Origin: Ferroacidibacillus organovorans
GTDB taxonomy: Bacteria; Bacillota; Bacilli; Alicyclobacillales; SLC66
Length of the DNA: 35,252 bases
Assembly: GCF_001642725.1 (NCBI RefSeq)
Contig: NZ_LSUQ01000027.1
Span: 1 to 35,252, forward strand
Direction: 5' to 3'
Numbering within the stretch: the stretch's first letter is position 1; every line of letters begins with the position of its first letter. The translations under genes were made by a program, and so were the position numbers. Shown here in pieces: positions 7,489-15,903 of the stretch. Below the pieces are notes generated by a model. It was not told the DNA's origin and made no database searches. It saw nothing but the letters and a program-made list of their open reading frames with translations.

Positions 7489-8781
7489 TTAGGGGTAGAG
7501 GCGGTACAACAGACGCGGAAACGGGATGGTTTCTCGAACATGGTCAAGGCCACAGATCCACGCAACGGTCCGTTCGAGTCCGAGTCCGAACCCGGAGTGT
7601 GGCACGGTGCCGTACGTCCTTAAATCTAGGTACCAGGCATACGCTTCTTTGGAGAGATCGTGTTCTTCAAATCGTTTTATGAGCAGTTCAGGATCGTCAA
7701 TCCGTTGTGAACCACCAATGATTTCACCGTATCCCTCAGGCGCCAACAGGTCTGCGCAAAGTACAACTTCAGGACGAGCAGGATCTGGTTTCATATAAAA
7801 AGCTTTCAGCGATGTAGGATAGCGTTCGATAAAAACAGGTCGATCATAAGCCTCGGCGATTTTTGTCTCATCTGGCGCGCCAAAGTCGTCACCCCACGTA
7901 AAATCTTGACCAGTCGATTGCAAAAAAGCAACCGCCTCGTCGTAAGAGATGCGTGGAAAGGGCGCTTTGATTTGTTCCAGTTTTGACGTGTCTCGCCCGA
8001 TGGTGCGCAGTTCTTGCTCACAGTGGCTTAGGACGTGCTGCATAATCGCGCAAATCAATGCCTCTTGAATTGCGACACTCTCGTCGTGTTCTACATAAGC
8101 CATCTCTGGTTCAATCATCCAAAACTCGATAAGATGGCGGCGAGTTTTCGATTTTTCAGCACGGAATGTAGGGCCAAAGGAGTATACGCGCCCGAGCGCC
8201 ATCGCTGCTGCTTCCATGTAGAGTTGACCGCTCTGTGTTAAAAACGCATCCTCATCAAAATAGGAAGTGTGAAAAAGTGTGGTTGTTCCTTCACACGACG
8301 AAGGTGTGAGAATGGGTGGATCCACTTGGGTGAATTCATGACTGTCAAGAAACTGGCGAATCGCGCGAATGATCTCGGCGCGAATCTTTAAAATGGCTCG
8401 TTGTCTTGGGGCGCGCAGCCAGAGATGGCGCTGATCCATGAGGAAATCAACGCCGTGTTCTTTAGGCGTAATTGGGTAATCGTGTGTCAGCGAGACGAGT
8501 TCGATATCTCTGACTTGAAGCTCAACACCGTTTTTTGCACGCTGATCAGTCTGAACGACGCCGTGAACAATGATGGCGCTCTCTTGTGTCAAGGATTGCG
8601 CTAAAGCAAAGATATCCTCTGACTCGTCTTCTTTTGCAAGAACGCCTTGAACAAAACCGCTGCCGTCGCGAAGTTGGAGAAAAATGATCTTTCCAGAAGA
8701 TCGTTTTTGATGAAGCCACCCTTTGATCGTTACGGTTTCCCCTAAATGATCACTCAATGATGCAATGCGAACTACTGCCAA
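7489..8781 (-). CDS. asnS: Asparagine--tRNA ligase
   Basis: [66 protein letters not shown] at 8781 follows RBS GAGGAG. Confidence 0.98.
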   Translation of the reverse strand: MAVVRIASLSDHLGETVTIKGWLHQKRSSGKIIFLQLRDGSGFVQGVLAKEDESEDIFALAQSLTQESAIIVHGVVQTDQRAKNGVELQVRDIELVSLTHDYPITPKEHGVDFLMDQRHLWLRAPRQRAILKIRAEIIRAIRQFLDSHEFTQVDPPILTPSSCEGTTTLFHTSYFDEDAFLTQSGQLYMEAAAMALGRVYSFGPTFRAEKSKTRRHLIEFWMIEPEMAYVEHDESVAIQEALICAIMQHVLSHCEQELRTIGRDTSKLEQIKAPFPRISYDEAVAFLQSTGQDFTWGDDFGAPDETKIAEAYDRPVFIERYPTSLKAFYMKPDPARPEVVLCADLLAPEGYGEIIGGSQRIDDPELLIKRFEEHDLSKEAYAWYLDLRTYGTVPHSGFGLGLERTVAWICGLDHVRETIPFPRLLYRLYP

Positions 8782-8822
8782 CGCAATCGTCTCCTCTATA
8801 CACTCACTCACATATCATTGCT

Positions 8823-8851
8823 ATTTTACAATGGACAATGTCAACCGTCTA
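8823..8851 (-). promoter_or_regulatory. Putative sigmaA promoter of asnS
   Basis: TAGACG-N17-TAAAAT on the minus strand. Confidence 0.55.
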
Positions 8852-8865
8852 GAAAAGAACGCCAC

Positions 8866-8901
8866 AAAAAAGAGCGCAGGTATATATGCTGCGCCCTTTT
8901 T
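8866..8901 (-). terminator. Intrinsic terminator after the FtsH paralogue (possibly bidirectional)
   Basis: A-run, GCGCAG...CTGCGC stem, T-run. Confidence 0.75.
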
Positions 8902-8920
8902 AGGGGTGTTTTACATCCCA

Positions 8921-10408
8921 TTACTGCCCAATCGCCGTTTCCAAATCGGTACGCTTCAGAAGCCAAGCGCGAAACTCACTGCCATCCATACTTTCGCACT
9001 CGACGACATGCCGCGCAAATGATTCAAGTTCGTTCGCATAGGAATCTAAGACGTCTTTTGTTCTTTTTTCAATTGAAGCCAAGATAAAGCGCACTTCTTC
9101 ATCGAGAATGTTTTCAGGCAAGTGTTCTTCGGCGACGATCCCAATTCGACTCAGCCCACACATCACTTCCGTTTTGGCAAGACGACTCGCTTGGACAAAA
9201 TCGTTTTGTGCGCCTGTCGAGCGATTGCTAAAGATCAGTTCTTCGGCGATTGCCCCGCCCAGCGCAACGACGATCTGCTGATCGAGCTGCTCTTTGGTGT
9301 AAAGATAAGAATCCGCCTCTGGAATCTGCCGCACAAAACCGAGCGCATTGCCGCGAGGCGCGATTGTGATGTGTGAAACGGAACCTTTGCGCATCGTTTC
9401 CGAGGCGATCGCGTGTCCTAATTCATGAACTGCTACGCGCAACAATTCGTCTTCGGTAGGAATGCGTCCCGTCTTTTCACCCATGAGCACCTTGTCAACC
9501 GCATCGCGAAAGTACGATTGGCGAATTGTCGGCGCGTTTTCACGTAACGCGATAATCGCCGCTTCATTGCAGAGACTCTCTAACTGTGCACCAGAGAAAC
9601 CGTAGGTCTCACGCGCAATGTGTTCGAGATCGACGTCTGTATCGAGAGGTTTGTCGCTCGCCTGAATTCGCAAGATATGAAGCCTTCCCTCGCGATCAGG
9701 AAGGTCAACGCGAATCTGACGATCAAATCGTCCTGGGCGTAAAAGTGCGCTATCAAGGATGTCAGAACGGTTGGTTGCGGCGATTACAAGTACCATTGGC
9801 GTTTGCGTCGTTTGCATGCCATCCATTTCAGTGAGCAACTGGTTGAGCGTCTGATCGTATTCCTGGTGGCTGTGCATCCCCCGCCGACCGCCGACGACGT
9901 CAATCTCATCGATGAAGACAATCGCGCTTTCTTTGCCTTCCTTTTTTGCGCTCGCACGCGCTTTGCGAAACAATTCACGTACGCGCTGCGCTCCAACGCC
10001 CACATACATCTCGACAAACTCACTCCCTGATGCTGAAACAAACGCAGAGTCTGTGTAGGAGGCAGCCGCTTTGGCCATCATCGTCTTTCCGGTTCCTGGC
10101 GGTCCTGTCAAAAGAATGCCTTTTAGCGGACGAATGCCGAGTTTGCGAATTTTATCGCGATAGCGAAGAAAATCAAGTGCCTCCATCAATTCGCGCTTTG
10201 CGTGCTCTTGCCCACCAATATGCTCAAAATTGACCTGATGGCGAACTGCCGTTTCTTTAGATCCAGTTGGAGCGACTTGACGTCGGCCCATAAGGGTATA
10301 AAATGCGAAACCCAGGCCGACGATAAACAGAAGTGGCAAGATTTGAATGCCGAGCAACTCCAGAAAAATAACGAGTGCAATTCCGGCGCCAATTAACCAT
10401 TCTTTCAT
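8921..10408 (-). CDS. FtsH-like AAA+ ATPase / M41 zinc protease (short paralogue)
   Basis: Walker A GPPGTGKT, pore FVEMYVGVG, Walker B IVFIDEID, SRH TNRSDILDSALLRPGRFDR, HELGH zinc motif. Short hydrophobic N-terminus with no extracytoplasmic domain. Confidence 0.93.
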   Translation of the reverse strand: MKEWLIGAGIALVIFLELLGIQILPLLFIVGLGFAFYTLMGRRQVAPTGSKETAVRHQVNFEHIGGQEHAKRELMEALDFLRYRDKIRKLGIRPLKGILLTGPPGTGKTMMAKAAASYTDSAFVSASGSEFVEMYVGVGAQRVRELFRKARASAKKEGKESAIVFIDEIDVVGGRRGMHSHQEYDQTLNQLLTEMDGMQTTQTPMVLVIAATNRSDILDSALLRPGRFDRQIRVDLPDREGRLHILRIQASDKPLDTDVDLEHIARETYGFSGAQLESLCNEAAIIALRENAPTIRQSYFRDAVDKVLMGEKTGRIPTEDELLRVAVHELGHAIASETMRKGSVSHITIAPRGNALGFVRQIPEADSYLYTKEQLDQQIVVALGGAIAEELIFSNRSTGAQNDFVQASRLAKTEVMCGLSRIGIVAEEHLPENILDEEVRFILASIEKRTKDVLDSYANELESFARHVVECESMDGSEFRAWLLKRTDLETAIGQ

Positions 10409-10932
10409 AGACCGCTCGCCCCCGAAAGTTTAGTGGAGTACGGCACAATGGCATACAAGTACGACGACCCTTGCCGAAACTGAAGAAAGACATCGGATGC
10501 GTTCATCGTGATGCGCGCTTGTACGTGAAGTTTTGCAGCCGACGTTAACAAATTCGCAATCATGGTCGTGTACGTGCCGTGAGCAATGCCTTGATACAAG
10601 ATTGGTTGCAGTGCCTCATAATCGCGATAGAGCGCTGCATTGCGATGATCTTTTAGCACAATTTGATAAGGTGTACCGATTGAAGTTGAAACAATGGACT
10701 GCAACTGATCATACGTTGTTTGAAGGTCGCTCACAAGTCCTAGTTTGATGACGATCAAGGGTGCGCTCCCGGTCAAATCAATCGCAGCGGACTGTACAGA
10801 AGCGATATGTGTGAGTTGAGATTTCAGCGGTTGGACGAGATCGTACGTGCGATAAATTTGAAAACCGCCAAAAAGCAGCGCAAACGTCAAAATCAGCGCG
10901 GAGACGGTGGGCACGATCCGAATGCGAGACAT
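10405..10932 (-). CDS. Hypothetical membrane-anchored protein, overlapping the start of the FtsH paralogue
   Basis: RBS AAGGAGG; single N-terminal TM segment; ATGA overlap with the next gene. Confidence 0.85.
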   Translation of the reverse strand: MSRIRIVPTVSALILTFALLFGGFQIYRTYDLVQPLKSQLTHIASVQSAAIDLTGSAPLIVIKLGLVSDLQTTYDQLQSIVSTSIGTPYQIVLKDHRNAALYRDYEALQPILYQGIAHGTYTTMIANLLTSAAKLHVQARITMNASDVFLQFRQGSSYLYAIVPYSTKLSGASGL

Positions 10933-11137
10933 GCATACGCCTCCCTTTTTGAACGATTCCTAAGTAGCGACATCATACACGAAGCCACAGAAAGGATTTA
11001 TAACGTGTAAATAATCGTTACCCGTACAGCTACGAAACTAGTAGCAGTATAGCATGAGACGATCTTTTGCACGATGCTCAATCTCGTCCAAACCCGCACA
11101 CTTCTTCCATTCTTCCATATGACAATAGCAGGCTCAA

Positions 11138-11662
11138 TCAGTCCAGATAGGGATGATCGACCGTTGCGGTCTCGTGCCATAAAAGAGAACCCGAATACGC
11201 GTTGACATACGCAAACACATAGCGACCGGCTGGCGTTTTTGCTGAAACAAAATAAATCGCATTCGTTTGCTGTTGATACGGGGAAACGCGACAGTAACCG
11301 AGCGCGTCCGTAAGCACCGTAAGCGGGTGTATGCCCAGTACGAAGAGTGCCTGGACCGCTCGTTTTGGCGTGATCAGCGAATGCGCATAAACGGGAATGG
11401 TGGCGTTGCCATAGACAAAGACGTCAAGGGGTCTCCCCTGCGCGTCAACGCCGTATACCGTTTGGGATAAGGCACCTCCGGTAAACCATTTGACGTCCGT
11501 AACACGCGAAAGTGCCGTATGATTCAGTGCCAATCGCGCCGCTCGAATGTTTGGGCTATCCACGGCGGACAGCCTGGGATAAATCCAGACGACTGCCGAG
11601 ACGACAAAGAGAATGACGAGAACAAAGAAACCGACGAATCCCCAAATGATCGATCGTTTCAT
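11138..11662 (-). CDS. ypmB: YpmB/DUF5590-like membrane-anchored protein with PepSY-like C-terminus
   Basis: N-terminal TM, FTG motif, C-terminal YVNAYSGSLL; directly follows ypmA. Confidence 0.7.
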   Translation of the reverse strand: MKRSIIWGFVGFFVLVILFVVSAVVWIYPRLSAVDSPNIRAARLALNHTALSRVTDVKWFTGGALSQTVYGVDAQGRPLDVFVYGNATIPVYAHSLITPKRAVQALFVLGIHPLTVLTDALGYCRVSPYQQQTNAIYFVSAKTPAGRYVFAYVNAYSGSLLWHETATVDHPYLD

Positions 11663-11835
11663 TCGTGTGCGCGGTAAATCGTGACGGTGTATTTTCCGTC
11701 GTCAGTTTTTGATTTTGAAAGTCCAAAAATGACATTCAAATCCTTCAATGTGCGATTAAGAAAATCAATCAATTGATACATGTCTTCTGACATTGCGACG
11801 TCTTTTGTCGCAAGGATCATATCAGCGCGTTCCAT
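11659..11835 (-). CDS. ypmA: YpmA/DUF4264-family small protein (58 aa)
   Basis: Manual translation MERADMILATKDVAMSEDMYQLIDFLNRTLKDLNVIFGLSKSKTDDGKYTVTIYRAHE, with the DxLNRTLK...FGL...TIY signature; RBS AAGGGG. Not in the ORF track. Confidence 0.9.
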   Translation of the reverse strand: MERADMILATKDVAMSEDMYQLIDFLNRTLKDLNVIFGLSKSKTDDGKYTVTIYRAHE

Positions 11836-11847
11836 CAAGCTGCCCCT

Positions 11848-12612
11848 TCAAAGTTGAAATGGCCACGATTTGAGTGTATCAACCATCTCTGAATTTGTAA
11901 AATGAAGATGAACGGGCGTCACACTCACATAGCCTCGCTCAACTTGATAGACGTCGGTGTCTGGTTCATTCTCTATTTGGACAACCTGACCCGCCTGCCA
12001 ATAATAGGTTCTCCCCAGGGGATCAACCCGTTTTTCATACGCATTTCTGTATTTGCGGATGCCCGTTTTAGTGACGCGTATTCCTTTTAGCGATTCGCGT
12101 GAACCGGGGGGAATATTCACATTGAGATAGACGTCGTGTGGCAATTTGTGGTAATTGAATAAGTCGATCAGACCTAAGCCGATGTGCACACTCGCGGTAA
12201 AGTCAAAAGGCTCGTCAATCAGGGACATTGCGATCGCAGGGATCCCGTGCATGACCGCTTCAGAAGCGGCTGATGCGGTACCTGAATAAACGATGTCCAT
12301 TCCAAGATTAGCACCGTGGTTAACGCCGCTCACAACCAAGTCAGGCGGGTGTTCGTCACACAGTGCGCCAAGCGCCAGTTTGACGCAATCGGCAGGCGTA
12401 CCGTTAACCGCGTAGCCTTCGATTCCATGCGGCAGCGCCACAGACTTTGCGTGTAGCGGTTTGTGCAGCGTAATGGAGTGGCTCGAAGCGCTCTGTTGGC
12501 GATCTGGCGCAACGACTGTCACGCGGTGACGCTGCGTTTGTGCGAGCGCAATTGCGAGTGCACGAATTCCTTTTGCATAGATGCCGTCATCGTTTGTAAT
12601 CAACAAATGCAT
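11848..12612 (-). CDS. surE: 5'/3'-nucleotidase SurE
   Basis: LITNDDGI, VVAPDRQQSASSHSIT, NGTPADCV, VVSGVNHGANLG, YSGT. Confidence 0.97.
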   Translation of the reverse strand: MHLLITNDDGIYAKGIRALAIALAQTQRHRVTVVAPDRQQSASSHSITLHKPLHAKSVALPHGIEGYAVNGTPADCVKLALGALCDEHPPDLVVSGVNHGANLGMDIVYSGTASAASEAVMHGIPAIAMSLIDEPFDFTASVHIGLGLIDLFNYHKLPHDVYLNVNIPPGSRESLKGIRVTKTGIRKYRNAYEKRVDPLGRTYYWQAGQVVQIENEPDTDVYQVERGYVSVTPVHLHFTNSEMVDTLKSWPFQL

Positions 12613-12715
12613 GTAGGCGTTCCTCTTTCAACGTGTTGTGGTAGATGATGCTCTCATGGCAATGCGTTTCGCGGTGATACTATCCTTATCAGCATACGTG
12701 AGAGGATGATCGCGC

Positions 12716-12850
12716 ATGAACGAACGCATCACATCGACAGACCCTGACGTTTCTGATGATCGCGTGCCCGATGCGCTGTTCGATGCGCACTATGAAGCGC
12801 GCGAGGACGTCATCACGCTCTACCGTACCGTTTGGAACTGGTTATCATGA
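12716..12850 (+). CDS. Putative 44-aa acidic small protein
   Basis: RBS GAGAGGATGA then MNERITSTDPDVSDDRVPDALFDAHYEAREDVITLYRTVWNWLS. Fills the surE-mtaD gap; its 3' end overlaps the mtaD stop convergently. Confidence 0.55.
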   Translation: MNERITSTDPDVSDDRVPDALFDAHYEAREDVITLYRTVWNWLS

Positions 12851-14173
12851 AGGTGTCGAAAATGATGCCTTCGTGTGAAATTTGGCGCCTACACGCTCTG
12901 CCTCATAACGCACCTTTTCTTGATCGATCGTCATAAATTCGCGATTGCGATAGAGCGCACGCCCGGCGACAAAGACATCTGTCACGTCACAGCCCGACGA
13001 GCTGTATACGGCGTGCGCGAGCAGGCGATGACGCGGAAAATAGCGTGGACTGGTGAGATCAATTAGAATCAAATCGGCTGGCGCGTCAACGCGCAATGTG
13101 CCGAGATCCGGATGGACTCGCTCATCCAAGAAGAGCGCTTTTGCGCCTTGCGACGTTGCCATGGACAGCGCGGCATTCGCGTCAATCGCAGTCGCATTTT
13201 CAAGAACGCCTTTGTGCAAAAGCGCTGCAAGTCGCATCTCTTCAAAAAGGTCAAGTTTATTATTACTCGCGGCGCCATCCGTGCCAAGACCGACGATGAT
13301 CCCTCGCTCTCGCATGGCGAGCAGCGGAGCAATGCCGCTCCCTAATTTTAAATTGCTGCCCGGGTTGTGAGAGACGCGCACGCCGCGCTCTGCGAGAATA
13401 TCCAAATCGTTATCATCAGCGTGCACAACATGCGCTGCGGTGACTGGATGCGAAAAGAGACCGATCTGATGCAAATAGACAATGGGTGAAACGCCGTGTT
13501 CGCTCAGGCTGTCTTGAACTTCTTTGCGCGTCTCTGACACGTGGATTTGCAGTGGCACATCGAGCTTTTCGGCGAGTGCCATCACTTCTTTGAGCGTTTC
13601 TGCAGAACACGTATAAGGAGCGTGTGGCGCGAGGTTGATCGAGATCCGCCCACCTCCTGCCCCATGATACGCTCGATAAAGCGCTTCTGCCTCTTTTAGC
13701 GCGAGCGTCGCTCCTTCGCCTGAAACGATCCCTCGCCCCAACGCAGCGCGCATCCCTGACGATAAGACCGCTTCTGCGACGGTGTCCATAGAAAAATACA
13801 TATCCGTAAAGGTCGTCGTCCCAGTCTCGATCATTTCAAGCATGGCGAGTTGTGTGCCGAGGTGAATGTCTTCCGGTGAAAGCTTTGCTTCGGCCGGCCA
13901 AATGCGATCGTTCAACCACGCGTGCAGCGGCATATCATCTGCGAATCCGCGCAAAAGAGACATCGCGGCGTGTCCGTGCGCGTTGATAAGGCCAGGCATG
14001 ACAAGGCGGTTCGCTCCATCGATCGTCTGATCAAAATCACTTCGCGAGTGCGGACAGTCGCCAGGCCCGATCTCGGCGATGCGATCCCCGTGAATGACGA
14101 TGTAGCCGGATTCTGCTTCACGACCTGTGCCATCAAGATAGTGGGTCGAGTGGATTAAAATTCTCAACGTCAT
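12845..14173 (-). CDS. mtaD: 5'-methylthioadenosine/S-adenosylhomocysteine deaminase (amidohydrolase)
   Basis: PGLINAHGH, APHAPYTC, IHVSET, AAHVVH, HNPGSNLKLGSG, GTDGAASNN; RBS GGGAGGG before ATG 14173; adjacent to an MTAP-family gene. Confidence 0.9.
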   Translation of the reverse strand: MTLRILIHSTHYLDGTGREAESGYIVIHGDRIAEIGPGDCPHSRSDFDQTIDGANRLVMPGLINAHGHAAMSLLRGFADDMPLHAWLNDRIWPAEAKLSPEDIHLGTQLAMLEMIETGTTTFTDMYFSMDTVAEAVLSSGMRAALGRGIVSGEGATLALKEAEALYRAYHGAGGGRISINLAPHAPYTCSAETLKEVMALAEKLDVPLQIHVSETRKEVQDSLSEHGVSPIVYLHQIGLFSHPVTAAHVVHADDNDLDILAERGVRVSHNPGSNLKLGSGIAPLLAMRERGIIVGLGTDGAASNNKLDLFEEMRLAALLHKGVLENATAIDANAALSMATSQGAKALFLDERVHPDLGTLRVDAPADLILIDLTSPRYFPRHRLLAHAVYSSSGCDVTDVFVAGRALYRNREFMTIDQEKVRYEAERVGAKFHTKASFSTPS

Positions 14174-14187
14174 TCGCCCTCCCTGCG

Positions 14188-14988
14188 CTATGCGTTCATT
14201 GCGTGTGCGGCTGTGCGACATGTACATGATTCATCGGGATCGGGCGCGAGCAGCGTATGAAAGAAGAGATCGCGAATGCGGTGGACATTTTCTGACATCA
14301 CGTCAAGCACCTCTTGATGGGTCAGGACATCTCCGGTGATTCCGCTACAGTAGTTCGTCACCATCGCGACTGACGCATAGCACATACCGAGTTCTTTGGC
14401 GAGCACCACTTCAGGCACTGCGGTCATACCGACTACATCTCCACCCATCCGATCAAACATGCGGATCTCAGCCGATGTCTCAAAACGTGGACCTTCCGTG
14501 CAGACGTACGTTCCCCCATAAACAATGGGAAGGGATTGTTCTGCCGCAGATTTCGCGAGCTTTTTGCGCAGTCTTCCGCAAAATGGATCGGTCATATCAA
14601 CGTGCGTCACAGGGTTCCCATCTTCAAAAAATGTGACTGGGCGCGATTTCGTAAAATCTAAAAATTGATCAACGACGACAAGCGAGCCAGGTGGGAGGTT
14701 TTTATGCACGCTACCGACTGCTGCCGTCGCATAAATTTCAGTGACGCCGAGTTCACGCAATGCGTAGAGATTCGCGCGATACGGAACTTGGTGAGGCGGG
14801 AGATGGTGACCTTCTCCGTGGCGCGGTAAAAAAACGACCGTGTCTCCGCCGTATTCTCCGAGTGTGTAAACCGTTTTTCCAAAAGGTGTCTCCATCGTCT
14901 GTTGTTCACTGTTTTTTAGGCGTTGTGCGTCATAGACGCCCGTTCCCCCAATGATTGCTTTTTTGGCGATAGCCTTCTTTGTGCTCAA
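14188..14988 (-). CDS. mtnP: MTA/MTI phosphorylase (PNP/MTAP family)
   Basis: IIGGTG, FLPRHG, TEGPRFET, DVVGMT, VTNY; TTG 14988 after GGAGGA. Confidence 0.92.
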   Translation of the reverse strand: MSTKKAIAKKAIIGGTGVYDAQRLKNSEQQTMETPFGKTVYTLGEYGGDTVVFLPRHGEGHHLPPHQVPYRANLYALRELGVTEIYATAAVGSVHKNLPPGSLVVVDQFLDFTKSRPVTFFEDGNPVTHVDMTDPFCGRLRKKLAKSAAEQSLPIVYGGTYVCTEGPRFETSAEIRMFDRMGGDVVGMTAVPEVVLAKELGMCYASVAMVTNYCSGITGDVLTHQEVLDVMSENVHRIRDLFFHTLLAPDPDESCTCRTAAHAMNA

Positions 14989-15062
14989 ATGTTCATCCTC
15001 CTGCAAATCCAATCTTCTCTCCTAGTCTACCACAGGCTTGTATTTGCAAACACTGTAACCCA

Positions 15063-15887
15063 TCAAGAATGTACCATCTGAGAGCGACTCATCGGTAGAA
15101 TGAGGTGATGACGATCGATTGTAAGCACCAACGGATTTCGTTTGGTGACTCGATACACATCGCCCCAGTGCTCTCTAAGGCGTTCAATCAGCGCACCTGT
15201 CTCAGCGTCTTTTGGCGATCCTTCATCAAGAACAATGCGAGCGCTTGGATCGAGAACATCCAGCGGTTTTTGATCACGCGCTCGCGGAAAAAGGGACGGT
15301 TGCAGCAGTAGAATGTCAGGGTCATCTGGCCACGGATGCGGGTCCATTTGCGCCGGGAGCAAGATTCCGATCGCAAACGAGCGATAGGAGACGCGCAGGA
15401 GACTTGTGTGGACATGTAATCCGCCGTCTGCTGACGGCAGTGGATGAAGCGATAGCGTGAAGTCGCTTGCCAAGGCATACATCTTATGGGATGAGACGGC
15501 TGTGAGCTGCCGATCTTCAGGTTGACGCACAGGCGTTTGGTAAACGGTGAGGAGTCGATTGCATCTCATTTTTTGCCTGATGGAAAGAAGCGCATTCCGC
15601 CATTTCGCGGCGGTTTGCTGGTCAGGGATTGCATAGACGACCAGAATGCGCACTTCTTGCGTTGAATGGGGTGCTACCACTTGCGCGAGCGGACGTAAGT
15701 CCCGTGCACGCACACTTGAAAAAGGCAAAAAGAGGACGGTTCTGCCGCTCTCCGCCGTGAGGGATAGGAACGGATAAGGGGCGACTTGCACCGTGAGCGT
15801 CGCGATGACATTTCGTGCGTCTTCCTTTGCGAATGCAGGAACTGCGGACGCGAGCAGGAAACCTAACGTGATGAGCATTGCCGCCAC
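15063..15887 (-). CDS. Secreted/membrane hypothetical protein, possibly degenerate ComEC-type metallo-beta-lactamase fold
   Basis: Signal peptide ending AFA. C-terminal LIERLREHWGDVYRV...LVLTID resembles ComEC-like C-termini; no HxHxDH motif. Fold call is weak and start is uncertain. Confidence 0.55.
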   Translation of the reverse strand: MAAMLITLGFLLASAVPAFAKEDARNVIATLTVQVAPYPFLSLTAESGRTVLFLPFSSVRARDLRPLAQVVAPHSTQEVRILVVYAIPDQQTAAKWRNALLSIRQKMRCNRLLTVYQTPVRQPEDRQLTAVSSHKMYALASDFTLSLHPLPSADGGLHVHTSLLRVSYRSFAIGILLPAQMDPHPWPDDPDILLLQPSLFPRARDQKPLDVLDPSARIVLDEGSPKDAETGALIERLREHWGDVYRVTKRNPLVLTIDRHHLILPMSRSQMVHS

Positions 15888-15903
15888 TGTTTCGATTACC
15901 TGC

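Noticed and set aside
7034..7682. Plus-strand ORFs (85 aa and 111 aa) with repeated peptide
   Set aside because: They are translations of the DNA repeat, overlap dnaD and asnS antisense, and have no RBS.
10998..11180. Small ORFs in the ~200-bp gap after ypmB
   Set aside because: No convincing RBS or recognisable motif; probably a promoter region.
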